A stretch of DNA of 64,000 bases from NCBI GenBank assembly GCA_964005815.1, contig CAXFSR010000063.1:35560-99559 (forward strand), read 5' to 3'. Below the pieces are notes generated by a model that was not told the DNA's origin, searched no databases, and was given only the letters and a program-made list of their open reading frames with translations. Position 1 is the stretch's first letter, and the number at the start of each line of letters is the position of its first letter. The position numbers and the translations under genes were made by a program. The stretch comes from an uncultured Nitrospinaceae bacterium (GTDB lineage: Bacteria > UBA8248). Below, piece by piece: positions 57,801 to 64,000 of this stretch.

Positions 57801-59063
57801 ATGGCAGTAATCAAACCAGTCATTACTGGATCCGTAAAAAGACGTCGAATACGAATTCCCGGAAAGGGATTTCGAGGAGAGATAATCGGCTTTTGCCGGC
57901 TTCTTCGCAGAAGTGGCATGAAAATTACCTCTGGTCATATGATTGATTTATTTAGAAGTCTGGACAATCTAGATATTACCAACATTGATGACATTTACAT
58001 CGCAAGTAAAACGAATCTCGTTGCCAGCCAGGATGAGTCTGCTATCTTTGAAATCATTTTTCGTCAATATTGGTTTGATGAAAAAGGAAGTTCGAGTACA
58101 GATGCAGAATCTGCGGAAGTAGATTCTCAATTTGAAGATGAAGGAGAAGGAGATTCAGGTGAAGGCTCTAGCCAAGGAGAAGAAGGAGATACAGAAGCAG
58201 AAGGACAAGCCAACGAAAACCCCGGTCTACCTCAAGAGGAAGATTCTGAAGAAGGAGGAGAACCAGGTGAAGCAGGCGAAGAAGATGATGGCATCGCTTC
58301 TTATAGCCCATCTGAAACATTATCTGATAAAGACTTCTCTTCCCTAGAAGTAGATCAAATTGCACAACTTCGCAGACTTATCGCACAACTTATTCCTAAA
58401 CTAGCCACTAAAATTAGCAGACGTAGAAAACCGGATATGCGTTCAAGTGAAGTAGATATGAGAAGAAGCGTCAAGAAAAGCGTTAGAACTGGAGGCGAGG
58501 TTTTAAAACTTTATCGAAAGAAGAGAAAAATACAGAAAACACAAATTATCCTTATATGCGATGTTTCTGGGTCTATGGATAGTTATAGTCAATTTCTCAT
58601 TCAATTTTTATATAGTCTACAAAGTGAAATTAAATCTCTAAGAACTTTTGTTTTCAGTACAAGGCTATCCGATGCCACTCCATATCTCCGGCATAAAGAT
58701 GTAAATCAAGCTCTAAAAAGACTATCCCTTGAAGTACACGATTGGAGTGGTGGAACGCAAATAGGAAATTGCCTTAAAACCTTTAATTTCGAATATGGAC
58801 GAACGATTTTAAATAGTCGTACTATTGCAATCATCATTTCAGATGGTTGGGATCGCGGTGACACGGATTTATTGTCTGAAGAGATGGATAGACTCAGAAA
58901 AAAATGTCACAAATTAATATGGCTAAACCCTTTGCTTGGAAGTCCTGGATATAGACCAATTGATAGGGGCATGAGAACCGCGTTACCCTACTGTGACGAA
59001 TTTATGTCAGCACATAACCTTGATAGCCTTATTGTAATGACAAATAAGATTGCTCAAATTTAG
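57801..59063 (+). CDS. VWA domain protein (CoxE-like) with acidic linker
   Basis: DVSGSM MIDAS, FSTRL, WSGGT, SDGWD, WLNPL. Confidence 0.92.
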   Translation: MAVIKPVITGSVKRRRIRIPGKGFRGEIIGFCRLLRRSGMKITSGHMIDLFRSLDNLDITNIDDIYIASKTNLVASQDESAIFEIIFRQYWFDEKGSSSTDAESAEVDSQFEDEGEGDSGEGSSQGEEGDTEAEGQANENPGLPQEEDSEEGGEPGEAGEEDDGIASYSPSETLSDKDFSSLEVDQIAQLRRLIAQLIPKLATKISRRRKPDMRSSEVDMRRSVKKSVRTGGEVLKLYRKKRKIQKTQIILICDVSGSMDSYSQFLIQFLYSLQSEIKSLRTFVFSTRLSDATPYLRHKDVNQALKRLSLEVHDWSGGTQIGNCLKTFNFEYGRTILNSRTIAIIISDGWDRGDTDLLSEEMDRLRKKCHKLIWLNPLLGSPGYRPIDRGMRTALPYCDEFMSAHNLDSLIVMTNKIAQI

Positions 59064-59078
59064 GAAGATTCATTAATC

Positions 59079-59747
59079 ATGGCGAAACTGCTTATATATA
59101 CTGCGGACGATTCTTTAGGAGATGCTCTTGAAAGGGCCTTACGTAGAGAAGGCCATTTCTGCAACACCGTGATTGAAGAAGAATCTGCTCTAACAGGCCT
59201 TAATGCTCATGGTCTCTCACTCGTATTGCTAGATGATGCTCCTGCATTACCCAAGGTTTCAGAAATCAGAAAATGGACTACTTTACCCATACTGCTTATG
59301 TCAGAAACAGGACGTCTCATTAACATTAGCACTCCATTTCAACCAGACGATCTAATCACAAAACCAATTCGTGAAGAAGAATTGATTCTGCGTGTAAAAA
59401 ACCTTTGCTCAAAAAAAGATGGCAACAATCTTTCTACAGAAGTTAACACAAACAAAGAAGGATTATTCGTAGACGAAGATAGATACGAAATAAGATTAGA
59501 CGGAGAAATTATTGATTTGACTTTCCGTGAATTTGAACTTTTAAAACATTTGATACAAAATCCAGAAAGAGTTTTTGATAGAGAACAACTTTTAAATCTA
59601 GTATGGGGATTTGATTATATTGGAGGTCCCAGAACTGTAGACGTTCATGTGAGAAGAATCCGATCCAAAATAGAGGCAAAAGGAAGGAACTATATTAAAA
59701 CCATCAGAAATGTTGGATATAAGTTTATAAAGGATGAGGAAGGATAA
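59079..59747 (+). CDS. OmpR-family response regulator, GlnR-like orphan
   Basis: Shortened receiver domain; wHTH DLTFREFELLK...VWGFDYIGGPRTVDVHVRRIR; no sensor kinase nearby. Confidence 0.85.
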   Translation: MAKLLIYTADDSLGDALERALRREGHFCNTVIEEESALTGLNAHGLSLVLLDDAPALPKVSEIRKWTTLPILLMSETGRLINISTPFQPDDLITKPIREEELILRVKNLCSKKDGNNLSTEVNTNKEGLFVDEDRYEIRLDGEIIDLTFREFELLKHLIQNPERVFDREQLLNLVWGFDYIGGPRTVDVHVRRIRSKIEAKGRNYIKTIRNVGYKFIKDEEG

Positions 59748-59787
59748 TCCCTTTTAAGAATATTTAACACAAAAACTAGGAGCGCCC

Positions 59788-61134
59788 GTGAATAACAATG
59801 ACACAAATCTAGACAGAGAATTTGTTCTAAAACAAGCTAGAGAATTAGAGGTGCGATTTATTCGCTTATGGTTTACGGACATCCTTGGTTTCCTTAAAAG
59901 TTTTGCGATTACTACTGAAGAACTTGAAACTGCCTTATATGACGGACATTTATTTGACGGTTCTTCAATCGAGGGATTTAGTCGTATCGAAGAAAGCGAC
60001 ATGTTCGCACATCCCGATCCAACCACATTCTGTGTACTTCCGTGGCGTCCCCAAGACGGAGGAACCGTAGCAAGGATGTTCTGTGACATTAAACTTCCTG
60101 ACGGTTCATCCTATGACGGAGATCCAAGAAACGTTCTTCGAAAAACTCTCCAGAAGGCTAATCAGAAAGGCTACACCTTCTATACAGGTATGGAATTTGA
60201 GCATTATTATTTCAAATCCGCAGAACCTCCATTAGAAACACTTGATAAAGGTGGTTACTTTGATCTTACTCCTCTTGATGTTGCAAGCGATATACGAAGA
60301 GAAACAGTTATTACTCTTGAAAAAATGGGAATAGGGGTAGAATACAGTCATCATGAAGTAGGACCCAGTCAGCACGAAATTGACCTTAGATACAGTGATG
60401 CTCTTACTATGGCAGATAATGCTATGACCTACCGACTAGTCGTGAAAGAAGTTGGATTAAGACATAACGTGTACGCAACATTTATGCCAAAACCTTTGAG
60501 TGATTCCAACGGAAATGGAATGCATACACATTTATCACTATTTAAAGGTTCTCAAAATATATTCTTCGACGAAAACAAAGAAGACGGTCTTTCTGATATT
60601 TGCCAATCCTTCATTGCTGGATTGCTAAAACATACACCAGAGTTGACTTTGATATTCAACCAATGGCTAAACAGTTACAAAAGACTGGTTCCTGGCTTTG
60701 AAGCACCTATTTATGTTTCCTGGGCACATAAAAACAGAAGTGACCTTATACGTATCCCTAGTATCCGCAAAGGAAGAGATTCTGATACGAGAATAGAAAT
60801 ACGTTCTCCTGATTCTGCATGCAACCCTTATCTTTCTTTTGCATGTATGCTCGCTGCTGGTCTAGAAGGAATTGAAAAGAATTATGCACCTATAGACCCT
60901 GTAGAGGAGAATGTTCACGAATTATCAGAAGAAGATCGAAAATCTAGAGGAATCGTTACCCTTCCCTCCGATTTAAACGAAGCAATCAAACTTGCAGAAA
61001 ACAGCACGCTTATGAAAGAAACTTTTGGAGAAGAATTACACTCCAAGATCATTGCTAACAAAAAACTAGAATGGGAACGATCTCGAAGACAGGTAACCGA
61101 CTTCGAGCTAGAAAATTATCTCACTATTCTTTAA
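59788..61134 (+). CDS. glnA: Glutamine synthetase type I (GSI-alpha / GlnA2-like)
   Basis: FDGSSIEG, EFEH, HHEVGPSQHEI, FMPKP, NGNGMH, SYKRLVPGFEAP, IEIRSPD, NPYL. Confidence 0.92.
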   Translation: MNNNDTNLDREFVLKQARELEVRFIRLWFTDILGFLKSFAITTEELETALYDGHLFDGSSIEGFSRIEESDMFAHPDPTTFCVLPWRPQDGGTVARMFCDIKLPDGSSYDGDPRNVLRKTLQKANQKGYTFYTGMEFEHYYFKSAEPPLETLDKGGYFDLTPLDVASDIRRETVITLEKMGIGVEYSHHEVGPSQHEIDLRYSDALTMADNAMTYRLVVKEVGLRHNVYATFMPKPLSDSNGNGMHTHLSLFKGSQNIFFDENKEDGLSDICQSFIAGLLKHTPELTLIFNQWLNSYKRLVPGFEAPIYVSWAHKNRSDLIRIPSIRKGRDSDTRIEIRSPDSACNPYLSFACMLAAGLEGIEKNYAPIDPVEENVHELSEEDRKSRGIVTLPSDLNEAIKLAENSTLMKETFGEELHSKIIANKKLEWERSRRQVTDFELENYLTIL

Positions 61135-61180
61135 AGAGTTTCTTTTCTCTCTAAGTACCTGAAAGAAATTTTACAAACCT

Positions 61181-63652
61181 CTATTCTAGTTTCGCCTTTA
61201 CTGGATTATCCAAAACCGGAAAATTAATCTCTATCAAAAAATCGTGCTCTTTCAATATCGACCTTGGAACTGAGAAAACAAATCCTGTCTTATGCTTTTC
61301 TCCCGGCTTTACACTCCAAGGTGATTTTTGCTCGTAATTTTTATTGATTCTATACCTTATGGTCGCTTTCTTGTTTTCATCATATACGGCGCCGGATGTA
61401 TCCAATAAAGTAGCTACTAGGGGCCTATAAAAATTAAATGCTCTTTTCGTAGAGTTTGTGTATACAAATCGGACTCCAACAAAAACTGAACCGGGAGGAG
61501 AGTTTACTTTTTCTCTTTCCCAAAAACTTTTTGGACTGCGGATAGAAGAAAATCTATCAACTTTTATCATACGAAACTTGATTTTATTTCCAATCGTGTG
61601 CTCTTTCCTAAATGAAAGGGCGTTTCCGCTAAATCTTTTATATCTGTCTTTTCTCTTTTTCTCTTTTAAGCGGAGTTTCAATGCCTCTATAGCCATCAGT
61701 TCTTTCAATCTTTCCGCTTCTAACCTTTTCTTTTCCGCATTATTTCTTTGTTTCTCTGCTTCTTTCTTTTTCTTCTCTGCTTCTATTCTCTTTTTATCTG
61801 CAAGGAGTCTCTGACTCTTCTCCTCTCTCACTTTTTTTTCTGCCTCTTTCTTCTTTTTCTCTTCTAGACGTAATCTTTTTTCTGCGAATTCCTTCTTTTT
61901 TTCTTCAAGCAGCCTCTTCAACTTCTCTTGCGTTGCTTCTTCTTCTGCTTTATTTCTTTGTTTCTCTGCTTCTTTCTTTTTCTTCTCTGCTTCTATTCTC
62001 TTTTTATCTGCAAGGAATCTCTGACTCTTCTCCTCTCTCACCTTTTTTTCTGCCTCTTTCTTCTTTTTCTCTTCTAGACGTAATCTTTTTTCTGCGAATT
62101 CTTTTTGCTTATCAGCCTCTTTCTTATCCTTTTCAGCTTTTTCTCTTTTTAATTTCTCAAGCAAACGTTTCAATTTTTCCTGATTCAATCTTCTTTCAAA
62201 TCGCTTCAGTTCTCTTTTTTTCTTTTTTAACTCATCAAATTTTTGTACTAATTCGTTCCTTTTCTTGTTTTCACTTTTCCCCAGCTTTTTTAATTCTTGT
62301 TTATACTTTTCTAATTCTTTTTTTAATACTCTCTTGTCTCGCTCTAATAATTTTCTTTTTTTCTCTAATTCTTTCTTATCCTTTTCTGCTTTACGTAATT
62401 TCAATTTTCCTTGCAATTCGGCAATCAAACGCGTTCTTTTTTCACTTCGCGCTTCGGCATTAGCATCTTCCTCTTTCTTTTTAGAACCAAAGGATTTTTC
62501 TTTTTTCCCTTGAGCATCAATTTTAGAAAGTGCAACTATGGCGGGTTTATATTTACTTTTTGCAGATTTCTTAAACCAATACGCTGTTTTAGAAATATTT
62601 TTTTTTCTTTTTCTCCCTAAAATCTTTAAATCCCAATCTGTCATATATGACTTGCCCAGTTCATACTGCGCAGAGGGGTATCCTTCCAGTGCCATAGCAG
62701 TAAGTGTTTTTAGGCCTTTGGATGGGTAAAGATTCATAACACTTCTGAGATATACAAGAGCTTCCGAAGTTTTTTTTCTGTGAAGATAATGCTGAAATAG
62801 GGAAACTTTCACAGAAGAAAGAGGATGGATATAAACGAATATACCGCTTTTCAAGGTTACACCAACTCTAATTTCAATTCCATTGCGGATAATATGGAAA
62901 GTCGCCTTAGTACCAGGTCTTAAATAACCTACATACTTTTTTAAATGATAATGATTTTTAATTATACTTGAATTAACTCTAAAAATAACATCTCCGCTTT
63001 TAATTCCTGCATTAAATGCGGGACCGTTTGGAGTTACGCTAATTACTTTTGCTCCAGAATTAAAAGACCTATCAATCAACACACCTGCATTGCCTGAACG
63101 TGCTAATTTTTTCCTGTTTTTAGTTAATCCCCTTGACCAAATCTTTTCTGCTCTTATCAACTCGGTCAAAAATTTTATATTTCCTTTCATCCCCCTAATA
63201 TCAATACCGACCAATTCGTCAAAATTTAAATTAGAACTATGAACGGCATTTGAAAAATCTGTATCCCTCAAAATTGCATATCTGAATTTCGTACTAACTA
63301 ATCTTGCTTTCGCGAAATTCGCTCTTGAACAATTAGTCCCCCTTAAATTGGCCCTTTCTAAGTCTGCTTTAATAAATTTTGTTCCCTGCAAGTTTGCATT
63401 TTTAAAATTTGAATATAACAGGTGAGCATTTCTAAAATCAGCGCCAGAGAGATTCGCTTCTCGGAGATCACTTCGTCTGAGATTTCTACCTCTCAAATCG
63501 GCATTACTTAGATCGCATCTAGGACAATGTTTGGTTTGTTTAAATCTCGCCAGATCTTCTGCATCATAGGCAAAAACATTTGTGTGGGAAATTATGGAAA
63601 ACGAAAACAAAACGAAGAAGTAAAAGATAACACTACGATAAATCTTGATCAT
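61181..63652 (-). CDS. Exported mosaic protein: pentapeptide repeats, PDZ, Sel1, long coiled coil, C-terminal beta domain (DUF4352-like)
   Basis: Signal peptide; CPRCDLSNADL pentapeptides; GPAFNAGIKSGDVI PDZ; AQYELG..YWFKKSA Sel1; K/E-rich coil. Confidence 0.8.
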   Translation of the reverse strand: MIKIYRSVIFYFFVLFSFSIISHTNVFAYDAEDLARFKQTKHCPRCDLSNADLRGRNLRRSDLREANLSGADFRNAHLLYSNFKNANLQGTKFIKADLERANLRGTNCSRANFAKARLVSTKFRYAILRDTDFSNAVHSSNLNFDELVGIDIRGMKGNIKFLTELIRAEKIWSRGLTKNRKKLARSGNAGVLIDRSFNSGAKVISVTPNGPAFNAGIKSGDVIFRVNSSIIKNHYHLKKYVGYLRPGTKATFHIIRNGIEIRVGVTLKSGIFVYIHPLSSVKVSLFQHYLHRKKTSEALVYLRSVMNLYPSKGLKTLTAMALEGYPSAQYELGKSYMTDWDLKILGRKRKKNISKTAYWFKKSAKSKYKPAIVALSKIDAQGKKEKSFGSKKKEEDANAEARSEKRTRLIAELQGKLKLRKAEKDKKELEKKRKLLERDKRVLKKELEKYKQELKKLGKSENKKRNELVQKFDELKKKKRELKRFERRLNQEKLKRLLEKLKREKAEKDKKEADKQKEFAEKRLRLEEKKKKEAEKKVREEKSQRFLADKKRIEAEKKKKEAEKQRNKAEEEATQEKLKRLLEEKKKEFAEKRLRLEEKKKKEAEKKVREEKSQRLLADKKRIEAEKKKKEAEKQRNNAEKKRLEAERLKELMAIEALKLRLKEKKRKDRYKRFSGNALSFRKEHTIGNKIKFRMIKVDRFSSIRSPKSFWEREKVNSPPGSVFVGVRFVYTNSTKRAFNFYRPLVATLLDTSGAVYDENKKATIRYRINKNYEQKSPWSVKPGEKHKTGFVFSVPRSILKEHDFLIEINFPVLDNPVKAKLE
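61740..62101. repeat. ~152-bp direct repeat (61740-61891 and 61950-62101, offset 210 bp) within the coiled coil
   Basis: Only two mismatches seen; encodes EFAEKRLRLEEKKKKEAEKKVREEKSQR..KEAEKQRN twice. Confidence 0.9.
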
Positions 63653-63678
63653 ATCTCCTCCAAAATAATGATAAGAAT

Positions 63679-64000
63679 TTATTTATTTTTTAGCGTATTA
63701 CTCATCCAATCCAGATATTCCTTGTTTCCTTTATCTATAGCAAAAGAAATCACTTCAGGAGTTTCATAACTATGTAATTGGAGAACTTCTTTTTCTAGAG
63801 CCTCCAGGTTATCAGTTCTTCCTTTAATAACAAGCAAAAGTTCATTGTCAGTATTTATTTCTCCTTCCCACTTATACACACTTTGCACGGAAGGAATGAT
63901 ATTCACACATGCAGCGAGATCTTTTTCTACTAAAGATCTTGATATCTTTTCACTCTCTTCTTTTGAAGGGACAGTCACAAGAGTGATCGAAAATGATTTA
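63679..64000 (-). CDS. cutA: Divalent-cation tolerance protein CutA (start beyond the window end)
   Basis: LVTVP..LAACVNI..SVYKWEG..HSYETPE; frame stays open to the window edge. Confidence 0.92.
   Translation of the reverse strand, partial: KSFSITLVTVPSKEESEKISRSLVEKDLAACVNIIPSVQSVYKWEGEINTDNELLLVIKGRTDNLEALEKEVLQLHSYETPEVISFAIDKGNKEYLDWMSNTLKNK

Noticed and set aside
55367..59063. Calling this an aerobic CO dehydrogenase
   Set aside because: The diagnostic large subunit is absent, so the substrate cannot be assigned.
61458..62729. Several plus-strand Phe/Leu/Ser-rich ORFs
   Set aside because: Antisense shadows of the K/E-rich coiled-coil gene. The same applies to the many short antisense ORFs overlapping real genes throughout the track.
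1..64000. CRISPR arrays, IS elements, rRNA, riboswitches
   Set aside because: No regularly spaced short repeats, transposase ORFs, rRNA or recognisable riboswitch seen; the long repeats found are intragenic or gene duplications.

Overview
A 64 kb AT-rich bacterial chromosome segment. It mixes housekeeping genes (rimP-nusA-infB-DUF503-rbfA-truB, UvrD/PcrA helicase, miaB, mtaB, HU, trhO, ABC-F, yajQ, tRNA-Gly, glnA, cutA) with many catabolic/accessory enzymes (acetoin/pyruvate dehydrogenase E1a-E1b-E2, MDR, SDR, Gfo/Idh/MocA, LLM oxidoreductase, cupins, MBL hydrolases, M24 peptidases, amidase, MFS transporters, and coxM-S-D-E with no large subunit). I saw no integrase, transposase, CRISPR array or rRNA. 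The standout is a ~10.6 kb operon (36938-47589) whose last five genes overlap: GNAT acyltransferase, giant exported TPR protein with three ~385-aa macro-repeats, stand-alone PqqD/RRE protein, tandem double ATP-grasp ligase, LysA/BtrK-fold PLP decarboxylase, and a urea-transporter-family channel fused to a CobB-type sirtuin. It looks like an uncharacterised peptide/protein-tailoring or amine-acylation system, and no precursor peptide is visible. Other points of interest: a DsbA/FrnE-family selenoprotein (UPWC, in-frame TGA plus SECIS-like hairpin) that the ORF track truncates, three tandem 135-aa cupin paralogues, a GlnR-like orphan regulator next to glnA, and an orphan Gam/Gp157-like gene. All family calls come from recognising motifs by eye; no database search was run.
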